Of a stretch of DNA of 64,000 bases, positions 23,132-33,569 are shown one piece after another. The stretch's first letter is position 1. Every line of letters starts with the position of its first letter. The DNA is from Candidatus Cloacimonadales bacterium (GTDB lineage: Bacteria; Cloacimonadota; Cloacimonadia; Cloacimonadales; JAFGVF01). Under the pieces are notes generated by a model, which saw nothing but the letters and a program-made list of their open reading frames with translations, made no database searches and was not told the DNA's origin. The DNA lies in assembly GCA_963663475.2 (NCBI GenBank), contig CAXXJV010000001.1, forward strand, positions 704,001-768,000, in the 5' to 3' direction. A program made the position numbers and the translations under genes.

Positions 23132-23859
23132 TGGATTTCACCTTTACCCAATACCAAAATTTACTTAAATATAAGCAAATCTCTTTTCGGCACGACGTAG
23201 ATAGAAAGCCTGAAAAATCACTTAAAATGGCTCAGTTGGAACATCAGTATGATGTTCAAGCAACCTACTATTTTAGGATGAAGCCAGAGTCATATAATGA
23301 AAATATAATCAAAGAAATTATCAATTTGGGGCATGAAATAGGATATCATTATGAATCTTTATGTGATTCAAAAGGTGATTTTGCTTTAGGTATTGAAGAT
23401 TTTAAACAAAACTTAGCTAAGCTGAGAAAACTTTATCCTGTTAAGAAAATTGCTATGCATGGTAGGCCTACAAGTCCTTATGATAGTCGAGATTTATGGA
23501 AGAAGTATGATTATCGAGAGTTTGGGATTGAGTATGAACCATACTTTGATACTGATTATAATGAAGTATTGTACATAACTGATGCTGGAAGAGCTTGGGG
23601 AGATGATTCTATTAATAGAAGGGATAGGGTTACTAGTAAGTATGATTTTGATTTGACATCGCTAGATAAGATATTGAAGCTTTTAGAGAATGGTCAGCTT
23701 CCGGAAAAGATTATTATGAATATACATCCGGAGCATTGGGCTGAGAGTAATTTAGAGTGGTGGATAATCTGGGGGAAGAGGAAGGTGAGAAACTTCGTTA
23801 AGAGGGTGTATCTGATTTTCACCACAGAGACACAAAGAACACAAAAAAAGAAAGAGTAA
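23131..23859 (+). CDS. Polysaccharide deacetylase-like protein (paralog 1)
   Basis: RHDVD, TYYFR, GHEIGYHYE, MHGRP, YITDAG, HPEHW. Confidence 0.7.
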   Translation: MDFTFTQYQNLLKYKQISFRHDVDRKPEKSLKMAQLEHQYDVQATYYFRMKPESYNENIIKEIINLGHEIGYHYESLCDSKGDFALGIEDFKQNLAKLRKLYPVKKIAMHGRPTSPYDSRDLWKKYDYREFGIEYEPYFDTDYNEVLYITDAGRAWGDDSINRRDRVTSKYDFDLTSLDKILKLLENGQLPEKIIMNIHPEHWAESNLEWWIIWGKRKVRNFVKRVYLIFTTETQRTQKKKE

Positions 23860-24155
23860 ATTAGCCACCGAAAACACTGAAAACACCGATAAGAGGAAGA
23901 TTTTAACACAAAAACTCGAAAAATTCACAAAAACACAGCTTGCTATGCAAGAACGAAAAGATAAAAGTGAAAAACTATAAGAGGTTTAGTGTTGAGAGTT
24001 TAGGGTTTAGATGGAGTGATAAAGAGATTAAATAATTTAAATTCTTCACACGAATTTCACGAATAAGAAATCCCTTACATCGCTTGCTGCGCCAAAATGA
24101 TAAATTAAAGAAAGTTTATCACCAAACCAAGAAAATTCACAAAAACACAAAAAAA
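23818..24155. repeat. Modular repeat mosaic block (degenerate)
   Basis: ttcaccacagagacacaaagaacacaaa, ttagccaccgaaaacactga, cttgctatgcaag, ggtttagtgttgagagttta, cacacgaatttcacgaat; all recur elsewhere in the window. Confidence 0.8.
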
Positions 24156-24255
24156 GAAAGTAAAAGCCTCCGAAATAGATGAAAAATATAAAATCTATAA
24201 ACAGTAATAAATATTTTTTTGTAAAATAGTATAGTAATGAATAATGTAAAGGTTT

Positions 24256-25023
24256 TTGAAAAAAATGAAAGATTTAACGTTGAAAATCTATAAAAGGTTA
24301 ATAAAATCTCTAAAAGATAATGGGTATATTTTTACAACAGATATCAATATTCTGCACAAAAATAAATCAATTATGATGAGACATGATGTAGATTCTTGGC
24401 CTATTAATGCCTTAAAGATGGCAAGAATGGAAAGAGAGTTAGGTGTTAAATCTATATACTATTTTAGAAAGAAAAGAATAAGTTTAAATATTGGATATCT
24501 TAAACAAATTGCTGATTTAGGGCATGAAATTGGTTATCATTATGAAGACTTGTGTGACACAAGAGGTAATATAAATAAGGCTTTTATAAGATTTACAGAA
24601 AATTTAGCATTCTTAAGGAAGCTTGTTTCAATCAAGTCTATTGCTATGCATGGAAGACCTCTATCAAAGTGGGATAGTAAAGATATTTGGAAAAAATACA
24701 ATTATAAAGAATTAAATATTGATTTTGAGCCGTACTTAGATATTGATTACACAAAGGTTGCATATTTAACTGATACTGGTGGGTGCTGGGATGGAGGAAA
24801 GTACAGTGTAAGAGATAATGTCTCTTCGATATTTGATATTCCTGCACATTCTACAGAACAACTAATTGGGTTAATTAATAATAACAAATTACCAAATAAT
24901 ATTCTCATAAATGTTCATCCAGCTAGATGGAATGACAATATGATAAATTGGCTAATTAGAAAGTATGTATTGACTTTGCCAAAATTACAAGCTAAAAAGA
25001 TATTGAAACGATTTAGGAGTTGA
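24256..25023 (+). CDS. Polysaccharide deacetylase-like protein (paralog 2)
   Basis: RHDVD, YYFR, GHEIGYHYE, MHGRP, YLTDTG, HPARW; ATG 24265 is an alternative start. Confidence 0.7.
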   Translation: MKKMKDLTLKIYKRLIKSLKDNGYIFTTDINILHKNKSIMMRHDVDSWPINALKMARMERELGVKSIYYFRKKRISLNIGYLKQIADLGHEIGYHYEDLCDTRGNINKAFIRFTENLAFLRKLVSIKSIAMHGRPLSKWDSKDIWKKYNYKELNIDFEPYLDIDYTKVAYLTDTGGCWDGGKYSVRDNVSSIFDIPAHSTEQLIGLINNNKLPNNILINVHPARWNDNMINWLIRKYVLTLPKLQAKKILKRFRS

Positions 25024-25556
25024 AATTGAAGTCAATCCCTTATTATGAGCCGAAAGATAAATTATCCCAGCAAATTAAACATTCTTCAGAAAGACGCAAA
25101 ATATCTAAAATTTTTTTTATATTCCGGAAGCTTAATAATTGGCTGCTAGCTACATTTGCTTGGAACTGTCCTCTAAATAGCTTAAGAGTTAAGTTTCACA
25201 GAAAAAGAGGAGTAACGATTGGTAAAGGCGTAATGCTTGGTTTTCGTTGTACTCTTGATCATGCTTATCCAGAATATATTACTCTCAAAGATAATAGTGC
25301 ATTAGCAGGTAATGTTTATTTGATAGCTCATAGTAATCCTTATAAGCATTTTAAAGGTAGATTACTTTCTTATGTGGCTCCTATTGTGATTGAGGAAGGT
25401 GCATGGGTAGGAGTAAATGCAACTATTTTACCAGGAGTTACAATAGGGAAAAATTCTGTAGTTAGTGCAGGAGCAGTAGTTACAGAAAATGTTCCTGATA
25501 ATTGTATTGTAGCAGGAAATCCCGCTACAATTATACGAAGGTTTCCAGAAATATGA
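25020..25556 (+). CDS. Hexapeptide-repeat acyltransferase
   Basis: AWVGVNATILPGVTIGKNSVVSAGAVVT..VAGNPA. Confidence 0.9.
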   Translation: MKLKSIPYYEPKDKLSQQIKHSSERRKISKIFFIFRKLNNWLLATFAWNCPLNSLRVKFHRKRGVTIGKGVMLGFRCTLDHAYPEYITLKDNSALAGNVYLIAHSNPYKHFKGRLLSYVAPIVIEEGAWVGVNATILPGVTIGKNSVVSAGAVVTENVPDNCIVAGNPATIIRRFPEI

Positions 25557-26479
25557 AATATTGCATATTAACTAATGATGTTGAGCTAACATCAATAGTA
25601 AATAATAATCTTAACACCGATACTGGAAAAAAGGTGCTAGAGGATGGACTACCTAAATTATTAAATTTATATAGAAAATATGGTATTAAATCTACTTTTT
25701 TTATTACAGGAAAATATATTGAAGAATTTCATGAAGTAATTCCTTTGATTGAAAATGAAGGTCATGAGATTGGATGTCATGGTTATAGTCATGAAATTGA
25801 TCAAGCTTTTGATATGTTGAGTCTAAAAGAACAAATTAACAATTTGAACAAAGTAAGAAATCTTTATGAGAAACACTCCAATAATGCACTAGTATCATTT
25901 AGAGCTCCAGCATTAAGGACAAATGAATTTACTGTAAATGCCTTGGAGTCAGCAGGTTTCAAATTTGATAGTTCTGTTGCTTCACAAAGGTTTGACTTTT
26001 TTCTTTCCTTTGGAGGATTAAAGAAGTTAAAATGGTTGTTTTCTCCAAGGATGCCATATAACGCTTATCAAAAATCTTTGGCTAAAAAAGGATTTTCAAA
26101 AATCATGGAAATTCCAATTTCTGCTTTATTAATGCCATATATTGGAACTACAATGAGAGTTTTTCCTCTTTTAACAAAGTTTCTCAGATATATTCTGCAC
26201 TATGAAGCGATATTTACTGGTAAACCTATTGTCTTCTTGATTCATCCTGTTGAACTTATTACAGAATCAAAAAAAGGTAAGTTTAATAGACGTAGTAAAA
26301 ATCTACTAAAGTATTTATTAACTGATAAACTTAGAAGATGGTTAAAAATGAAAAATCTTGGTGATGATGCCTTATTCTTATATGAAGAGGAAATTAGGTT
26401 TTTCCAGAAAAAAGGATATAAATTTTTAACCATAAAAGAATATGGAGACTTATATGGAAAAATTAGAGAAAATAATTAA
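25553..26479 (+). CDS. Polysaccharide deacetylase family
   Basis: TNDVE, KSTFFITG, HEIGCHGYSH, FRAP, FDSS, IHP; ATGA overlap with the upstream stop. Confidence 0.85.
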   Translation: MKYCILTNDVELTSIVNNNLNTDTGKKVLEDGLPKLLNLYRKYGIKSTFFITGKYIEEFHEVIPLIENEGHEIGCHGYSHEIDQAFDMLSLKEQINNLNKVRNLYEKHSNNALVSFRAPALRTNEFTVNALESAGFKFDSSVASQRFDFFLSFGGLKKLKWLFSPRMPYNAYQKSLAKKGFSKIMEIPISALLMPYIGTTMRVFPLLTKFLRYILHYEAIFTGKPIVFLIHPVELITESKKGKFNRRSKNLLKYLLTDKLRRWLKMKNLGDDALFLYEEEIRFFQKKGYKFLTIKEYGDLYGKIRENN

Positions 26480-26675
26480 ATTAATGCTTGATAATAAAGG
26501 TTCAGTTATTAAACTAAATTTGGAAGATAAAACAGATTTGCGAAATGATTTAGGATTTGATTCATTAGATTTAGCTGAGTTAACTGTAAGAATTGAAAAA
26601 GAATTTGGGATTGATGTGTTTACTGATGGGATTGTAACAACGATAGGTGAAATAAGAGCAAAATTAGGAATATGA
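26454..26675 (+). CDS. Acyl carrier protein
   Basis: DLGFDSLDLAEL phosphopantetheine motif; ggag SD. Confidence 0.9.
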   Translation: MEKLEKIIKLMLDNKGSVIKLNLEDKTDLRNDLGFDSLDLAELTVRIEKEFGIDVFTDGIVTTIGEIRAKLGI

Positions 26676-27880
26676 TATTTTATAAAAATCAAGTATTAAT
26701 CAAGACATATGATGACTTGATTAATGATATCAACAATTTTTATGAGGTGAATCTAGTAATAAGAGATTTAAATTCTTATGATATATTTCTTAAAATAATT
26801 GTAGCTATTTTAAATAAGATAGATGTTATATTAATTGATAGTGATTTCACAGCAAGAGAGATTGAAAGCTTAGGTCTTTTAGAAGAAAATTTATTACTTG
26901 TCAAAAAAGTAACCAAAAAACACGTTAAAGATGTAAGCGACTTAAAAAGAAGATTACTGAATAGCCAAGATTGGTCATTAACACTTTATACTTCAGGTAC
27001 AACAGGTATTCCTAAAAAGGTAACTCATAATTTCAGAAACGTAACAAGAAATGTCAAAATTGCAGATAAATTCTCATCTAATGTTTGGGGTTTTGCTTTT
27101 AATCCGACACATATTGCTGGAATCCAAGTATTTTTTCAGGCTCTATTAAATCTTAATCCAATAATTGATATATTTGATAAACCAAGAGATATTGTAATAG
27201 AAGAGATTAAAGAGAATGGGATAACGAACATCTCTGCTACTTCAACCTACTATAGACTTATGGGACCTTTTAATTTTAAGTGTGTATCAGTTCAAATGCT
27301 TACTTCTGGTGGAGAAAAGTTTGACCTTGATACTATTAATAAACTTAAAATCTGCTTTCCCAATGCTAAGGTTAGGAATATTTATGCTTCTACAGAGGCG
27401 GGGACTATATTCACAACTCAGGGAGATTTATTTGTTGTCCCTCGTGAACTGAGGAGCAAAATAAAGATTAGTAATGGTGAGTTATTGTTAAAATCAGAGT
27501 TGATTGGGAAAATATCCTCAGATCTTGATGAATGGTATCCCACTGGAGATATTGTTGAAATAATTGAATCAGAGCCATTAAAAATCAAATTTTTATGTCG
27601 TAAAAATGAGATGATTAATGTCGGTGGTTATAAGGTTAATCCTCTAGAGGTTGAAGAGATTGTTAGATTATATGATGGTGTTAAAGATGTGCTTGTGTAT
27701 GGGAAGAAGAACTCTGTTTTAGGTACTATACTATGTGCCGATATTGTCGCACAAAAAGATATTAGTGAGAAAGATATCAAAGAATATCTGAATGGGAAAC
27801 TACAGAAATTCAAAGTCCCTAGAATAATAAATTTCGTTGAATCACTAACAACTACCAAAACAGGGAAAATAAAAAGATGA
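26672..27880 (+). CDS. AMP-binding acyl-CoA/ACP ligase
   Basis: YTSGTTGIPK, YASTEAG, WYPTGD, INVGGYKVNPLEVE, TGKI. Confidence 0.9.
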   Translation: MIFYKNQVLIKTYDDLINDINNFYEVNLVIRDLNSYDIFLKIIVAILNKIDVILIDSDFTAREIESLGLLEENLLLVKKVTKKHVKDVSDLKRRLLNSQDWSLTLYTSGTTGIPKKVTHNFRNVTRNVKIADKFSSNVWGFAFNPTHIAGIQVFFQALLNLNPIIDIFDKPRDIVIEEIKENGITNISATSTYYRLMGPFNFKCVSVQMLTSGGEKFDLDTINKLKICFPNAKVRNIYASTEAGTIFTTQGDLFVVPRELRSKIKISNGELLLKSELIGKISSDLDEWYPTGDIVEIIESEPLKIKFLCRKNEMINVGGYKVNPLEVEEIVRLYDGVKDVLVYGKKNSVLGTILCADIVAQKDISEKDIKEYLNGKLQKFKVPRIINFVESLTTTKTGKIKR

Positions 27881-28605
27881 AAAATATATTAGTTACAGGT
27901 GTTTCAAAAGGTTTGGGTTTAGAAATAAGTAAGATTTTACTTGCAGCAGGATATTCAGTATATGGTGTAGCAAGAAGCATTAATAATGATATTGAAGACC
28001 TCATACTAAAATATAAAGGTTTTTTTTTCTTCAAAAAAGTAGATTTATCTGCCCCTGAAAAAGCTAAAGAAGCAATTTTTAATGATGATTTTATTAGTTT
28101 TGAAATTCCTCTTTTAGGTTTTGTTAATAATGCTGCTAAGGCTTATGATGATATTGTTACAAACTTAAATGTAGATAAATTAGAGCAAATGTATAGGACA
28201 AATGTTTTCACTCCTATGTTGTTAACTAAATATGCTATTCGAAATATGCTGTTGAATAGAACAAGTGGATCAATTATCCATTTATCATCAATTAGTGTTC
28301 ATACTGGATATAAGGGGTTAGCAATGTATGCTTCGACAAAAGGAGCACTAGAAGCTTTTTCTAAGAATACAGCCAGGGAGTGGGGTAGCAAGAAAATAAG
28401 ATCAAATTGTCTTGTTGCTGGATTTATGGAAACAGCTATGAGCTCTACCTTAACAGATGATCAGAAAAATAGAATCTACCAAAGAACTTCAATGAAGGAT
28501 GCAACTAGCGTAACTTCTGTGGCTAATACTGTTGAATTTTTGCTATCAGATAAAGCTCAGTCTATTACAGGGCAGAATATATTTGTGGATAATGGGACTA
28601 TATAG
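27877..28605 (+). CDS. SDR oxidoreductase (FabG-like)
   Basis: VTGVSKGLG, VNNA, YASTK, ITGQNIFVDNG. Confidence 0.9.
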   Translation: MKNILVTGVSKGLGLEISKILLAAGYSVYGVARSINNDIEDLILKYKGFFFFKKVDLSAPEKAKEAIFNDDFISFEIPLLGFVNNAAKAYDDIVTNLNVDKLEQMYRTNVFTPMLLTKYAIRNMLLNRTSGSIIHLSSISVHTGYKGLAMYASTKGALEAFSKNTAREWGSKKIRSNCLVAGFMETAMSSTLTDDQKNRIYQRTSMKDATSVTSVANTVEFLLSDKAQSITGQNIFVDNGTI

Positions 28606-28619
28606 CAATCCTTTGGATT

Positions 28620-29155
28620 GAATGAAAAGATAAAAATGAAAAATGAAAGAGCTTTTACACGAATTAACTCGAATTAAAACGAATTTACTTGCTTCGCAAG
28701 AATGAAAAATTAAAAGTGAAAAATGAAGAATAAGAATAGAACACAGATGACTCTGATTGAACAGATTAAAACTGATAAGAATGATTAAATAAGGTGAGGG
28801 TTGAGAGTATAGTGTATAGGAAGAATATCGGTGTATTCGGTGTGTTCGGTGGCTAATTTTTTTGTGTTCTTTGTGTCTTTGTGGTGAAAGAGAGATGCTT
28901 GCTTCGCAAGAAAAATAAGAATAGAACACAGACGGCTTGCTTCGCAAGAATGAAAAATTAAAAGTGAAAAATGAAGAATAAGAATAGAACACAGATGACT
29001 CTGATTTAACAGATTTACACTGATATGAAGATTTAAAAATGTAAAAGTTTTATTTATCAATATGATAAAACTCTGTGTTAAGGGTTTTCTTCTTTCAGTG
29101 ATTTCGATGGCTATTTTATTTTCTTTTCAGTGAAATTAGCGTAATTCGTGGATAA
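28620..29155. repeat. Modular repeat mosaic block
   Basis: Module A acacgaattaactcgaattaaaacgaat, three cttgcttcgcaag hairpins, 7-mer tgaaaa(a/g) runs, inverted modules B and C. Confidence 0.9.
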
Positions 29156-29174
29156 TATACCTTAAGGGGAAATT

Positions 29175-30551
29175 ATGAAAAAGACATTGTATTTGATATT
29201 AGTTATTATTTTAGTCTTGATTCTAAATAGTTGTGATAGTTCTACGTCATCTTCTGATGATAAAGTTACTTATAGTGGTGTGGTAAAACTTATAGATTTA
29301 GATGGAAATGAAACTGTTTCAGATGAAGTTACTGTAGCTGTCTTTGAAAAAGATATGGATGATGTGGCCTGGGATTATAGAGTAAATAATCCAATACTTG
29401 TTACAACTACTAATGAATTTGGTGAATTTTCCTATAAAGCTAAGGAAAGAGAAAATTATTATACATACTTTTTGAAAGAAGGGTATTCTATTAAGTCCTT
29501 CAATCAGAATAATTTGCCAGAAAACATTCTACTGTATGAAGATTTGGTCGTGGAAGGAACTATTACAGAGCAAATCATTTTAGAGGGAAAATCTGACTTA
29601 CTTGTTACAGATGATGTAATTTTTACAGAAACTGCTTCCTTAATTATTCAAGAAACATCGCAGATTAGGATTGCACCAGGAAAAAAAATAACAGTTTATG
29701 GAAGTGTGGATTTTCAAGATCCAGTAGATATTACGTCTAATGATAAATCATATTCTTATGGAGAAGACCAAATAAGTGAGTTTTTATCTTTTGAGATAAC
29801 TCCAACTGCTAACATTCAAACTAATACTATTGATAACCTAAAGTGTTCTTTAACAAATTATGGCTTTGTTATAAGAAAAGATAATATCCAAATCAGTAAT
29901 TCAATTTTTGTCAATTCTTCGAACGGGCTCTATATTCTTAATTCAAGTGGTCATATTTTAACACATATCACTGCAAAGAATATAAAAAATGAAAGCAATG
30001 GTGGGATTTATTTAGACTTTGTAGAAAATGCCACTATTAGTAGATGTTTGCTTCAGGGTAATTATAATGGGGTTAAAGTTAAAGAAGTTAGAAATGTTGA
30101 TATTAATAATACTCTTTTTGAAAATAATAGTGCTGGATATCTGAGTTATTATTCAACGGGAGTTGTTACTAATAACAGTTTTGAAAAAAATGATTACGGG
30201 CTAGAATTACTAGCTAACAGAGGAGCTGGTGTCCTAACTATTAAGTATAATAAAATTGAATATAGTGATGTCGGTGTATATCAACATGAGGCTGGTTCAT
30301 GGAATACATTTAATTCAATGATTATTAATAATAATAATTTCATAGATGTTGATACATTTATTAAATATGATTCTTCTGGAATTCAACAAGACTTAGATGC
30401 TAAAAACAATTATTTTGATGGATTAGCTGCTGAAAGTAGTATTCAAGATAGAATTATTGATACTACATGGCAGGATTATGGTTTTATTGATGTAAATATT
30501 ATTCCTTTTAAGACAAGGCCGATTAGTGGAGCAGGGATAATTCAAGAGTGA
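29175..30551 (+). CDS. Putative lipoprotein with right-handed parallel beta-helix
   Basis: Signal peptide with LILNS-C lipobox; Asn-rich beta-helix repeats (NTLFENN, NNSFEKN, NNNNF), LDAKNNYF. Confidence 0.7.
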   Translation: MKKTLYLILVIILVLILNSCDSSTSSSDDKVTYSGVVKLIDLDGNETVSDEVTVAVFEKDMDDVAWDYRVNNPILVTTTNEFGEFSYKAKERENYYTYFLKEGYSIKSFNQNNLPENILLYEDLVVEGTITEQIILEGKSDLLVTDDVIFTETASLIIQETSQIRIAPGKKITVYGSVDFQDPVDITSNDKSYSYGEDQISEFLSFEITPTANIQTNTIDNLKCSLTNYGFVIRKDNIQISNSIFVNSSNGLYILNSSGHILTHITAKNIKNESNGGIYLDFVENATISRCLLQGNYNGVKVKEVRNVDINNTLFENNSAGYLSYYSTGVVTNNSFEKNDYGLELLANRGAGVLTIKYNKIEYSDVGVYQHEAGSWNTFNSMIINNNNFIDVDTFIKYDSSGIQQDLDAKNNYFDGLAAESSIQDRIIDTTWQDYGFIDVNIIPFKTRPISGAGIIQE

Positions 30552-30559
30552 TACTCTTG

Positions 30560-31675
30560 AAAGTGAAAAGATAAAAGTGAAAAATGAAAAATATTTTGCT
30601 TCGCAAAAAAGACGGGGTGACAGGAAGATGGGGTGATGAGGAGATGCTTGCTTCGCAAGAAAATAAGAATAGAACACAGACTGCTTGCTTCGCAAGAATG
30701 AAAAATTAAAAGTGAAAAATGAAGAATAATATATGAAGACTGATTAATAGGCATAGGGCCTGTAATCAGTCTTTTTTTTTTGCTGAAAATTATTTACACG
30801 AATTAAACTTGCTTCGCAAGAATGAAAAATGAAAAGATAAAAATGAAAAATTAAGATATTTAGCCACCGATAACACCGAAAAACACCGAGAAGAGGAAGA
30901 TTTTTATCCACTAATGGGCACTGATTAACACGAATAAGTTTTTAGCCATTTGGCTAAAAGAAGGGGTGACGGGAAGACGGAGAGACGGGGAGATGCTTGC
31001 TTCGCAAGAATGAAAAATGAAAAGTGAAAAATGAAAAGTTTAATATTTTTTATTTGACATGTAGGATTAGCTTGCAAGAATGAAAAAAGGAATGATTTTG
31101 CTTTGCAAAATGACGGGGAGACTGCTTGCTTACGCAAGAATGAAAAATTAAAAGTGAAAAGTGAAAAATAGGTTTAGTGTTGAGAGTTTATGAATTTAAA
31201 AAACTCTGTGAAACACCTCTTGCCCTCTGTGTAACTCTGTGTTAAGGATCTTAGTGAAATTAGTGTAATTAGTGGATAGGTTCTCATTTCATGAGAGTGA
31301 ATAATGAAAAGATAAAAATGAAAAGTATAATATTTTTTATTTGACATGTAGGATTAGCTTGCAAGAATGAAAAAGATGAATTTTGCTTTGCAAAATGACG
31401 GGGAGACTGCTTGCTTCGCAAGAATGAAAAATTAAAAGTGAAAAGTGAAAAATAGGTTTAGTGTTGAGAGTTTATGAATTTAAAAAAAACTCTGTGAAAC
31501 ACCTCTTGCCCTCTGTGTAACTCTGTGTTAAGGATCTTAGTGTAATTAGTGGATAGGTTCTCATTTCATGAGAGTGAATAATGAAAAGCTAAAAGTGAAA
31601 AATGAAAAATTATCTGTGTTAATCTGTGTAATCTGTGGACAGAAAACTTAATTCGAGTTAATTCGTGTGAAGAAT
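30560..31675. repeat. Modular repeat mosaic block containing a 287-bp-period tandem duplication
   Basis: 31041-31325 is nearly identical to 31328-31600; several cttgcttcgcaag, gacgggga 8-mers, inverted modules D, G and A. Confidence 0.9.
30736..30781 (+). terminator. Intrinsic terminator downstream of the lipoprotein gene
   Basis: aagactgatta...taatcagtctt stem followed by a T run. Confidence 0.75.
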
Positions 31676-31712
31676 TTCTGTTAAATAAATAAATTTGAGA
31701 GAAGGTAGCGTG

Positions 31713-33320
31713 ATGAAAAAGAAGGTTTGGTATTTATTGTATTTACTGTTAGATATAGGGATAGTGCTATTTGCCTTTGCGATTGTCGCATGGCTAAGGA
31801 ATGGAACACGTCGTGTTTTAGTTGATTATTCTAAGCCAGTGTTGGGGTTATCACTTGCTTGGGTAGGGGCTGGTTTTTTAGGAGGGAAGTTTTCTATTAA
31901 GAACAAGCCTAGGTTAAGGGCCTTGTGGGCTTCTATTATCAAGTGTGATGCCATAGCGATTGCGGTTGTCTTTGGGGCAATGTTCTTTTTTCATAGATTT
32001 CAGTATTCCCGTTATGTTACTTTTGGAACTATAGGTTTAACAATATTTATAGAACTGATAATATTTGGTTTATTGTATTATTCTTTCCAATTCCATAAGG
32101 ATAATCCATCTTTTGCTAAAACTACTTTTATTACTAAGTCTAAGAAGTTAGAGGAAGAGGGATCTGCTTATGAGTTAGCTAAGTTTGAATCTTCTGATAA
32201 GGTTCCTGATAGTCCAGTTAAGCTAGTAAAGCATTATTGCTTAGAAGATAAAAAGCACAAGGAATCTATTAAGCAAGTTTTAAGGGATAAGTATTTACAT
32301 AATGATGATAAGGTTTTTGAGTTTATTAATAAATACTTAGATCTAGATTGTTTTTGTAAGGATAAAGCACTGGTATTGAACAGTCATGCTCTTTATAACA
32401 TAGAAAACATTGAAGAGCAATCACAAGCTCTCTTTATAAATTTACACAAGGCTAATAATTTTCGCAGGATAAATAAGTATATAATTCAGGTGAATGATAA
32501 CCTGACTCAGGGAGGTGTCTTTGTTGGTTGTGTGGAGACTAAGGCTCAGCGTCGGAGACGATTTATTGAGTCTTATACTGTCGTTTTTGGGAATATTTTC
32601 TATTTAATTGATTTCTTTTTACGTCGTGTCTTTCCTAAAATAGCCTTACTCAAAGGACTCTACTTCTTCATTACTAAGGGAAAGAATAGGGCTTTTAGTG
32701 AGACTGAGATTTTGGGCAGGCTTTACTTCTGTGGTTTTGAGCTTTTAGCTAAGAGAGAGATTCATGGGATAAATTATTTCATTGCTATCAAGACTAAAGA
32801 ACCTTCTCGAGATGAGAATCCATCTTATGGTCCTATTATTCAGCTTAAGCGTAAGGGGAAGAATGGTAAACTTCTCTATGTTAATAAATTCAGGACTATG
32901 CATCCTTACTCTGAATATCTACAGGACTATGTGTATAAGACCTGTAGTTTACAGGAAGGTGGGAAGTTTAAGAATGATTTCCGGGTTACTAGGTGGGGAA
33001 AGGTATTTCGGAAGTTATGGATTGATGAGTTGCCGCAGTTTATTAATTTCTTTAAGGGTGAGCTTAATTTGGTAGGGGTAAGGGCCTTGAGTGAGCATTA
33101 TTTTGGGCTTTATCCACAAGATGTAAGAGAGTTGAGGGTGAAGGTTAAGCCGGGGTTGTTGCCTCCTTTTTATGCGGATATGCCGAAGACTTTTGAGGAG
33201 ATCGTGGAATCGGAGAGGAAGTATTTGGTGCAGAAGATAGAGAGGCCGGTGTGGACGGATTTTAAGTATTTCTGGTTGGTGCTGTGGAATATACTCGTAA
33301 AGAAAGCACGCAGTAATTAA
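31713..33320 (+). CDS. Priming sugar transferase (Bac_transf C-terminal domain, N-terminal TMs)
   Basis: KFRTM, DFRVTRWGKVFRKLWIDELPQ..GELNLVGVR, VKPGL. Confidence 0.85.
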   Translation: MKKKVWYLLYLLLDIGIVLFAFAIVAWLRNGTRRVLVDYSKPVLGLSLAWVGAGFLGGKFSIKNKPRLRALWASIIKCDAIAIAVVFGAMFFFHRFQYSRYVTFGTIGLTIFIELIIFGLLYYSFQFHKDNPSFAKTTFITKSKKLEEEGSAYELAKFESSDKVPDSPVKLVKHYCLEDKKHKESIKQVLRDKYLHNDDKVFEFINKYLDLDCFCKDKALVLNSHALYNIENIEEQSQALFINLHKANNFRRINKYIIQVNDNLTQGGVFVGCVETKAQRRRRFIESYTVVFGNIFYLIDFFLRRVFPKIALLKGLYFFITKGKNRAFSETEILGRLYFCGFELLAKREIHGINYFIAIKTKEPSRDENPSYGPIIQLKRKGKNGKLLYVNKFRTMHPYSEYLQDYVYKTCSLQEGGKFKNDFRVTRWGKVFRKLWIDELPQFINFFKGELNLVGVRALSEHYFGLYPQDVRELRVKVKPGLLPPFYADMPKTFEEIVESERKYLVQKIERPVWTDFKYFWLVLWNILVKKARSN

Positions 33321-33332
33321 GAGAATCAAGAT

Positions 33333-33525
33333 TCTTTACACGAATTAACACGAATGAAAACGAATTTCTCGAATTTTCTTTTTGCTAAGAGTAAAAAGGA
33401 AAGAGACATAAATAACAGAAAAAGAAATAAAAAGAACTAAAAAAAAGAAAAAAATAAAAGTAAGAATATGAAGAAAACTGAGAATTATGACATAACTTAT
33501 TTAAGGTATATTCGTGTGAAGCATT
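33333..33525. repeat. Left repeat flank of the GxxExxY gene
   Basis: Module A forward + A-rich spacer + partial inverted module A; 33338-33513 matches 34084-34260. Confidence 0.9.
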
Positions 33526-33569
33526 TAGTGTGAAAAATTTAGTTTTAAGTAATAAATTATAGAGAAGAG

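Noticed and set aside
28546-31137. Minus-strand ORFs 28546-28992, 28785-29060, 30423-30695, 30542-30754, 30925-31137
   Set aside because: They are translations of repeat modules (LAKQAS, FHFSLLIFHSCEAS) with no SD or protein-like features.
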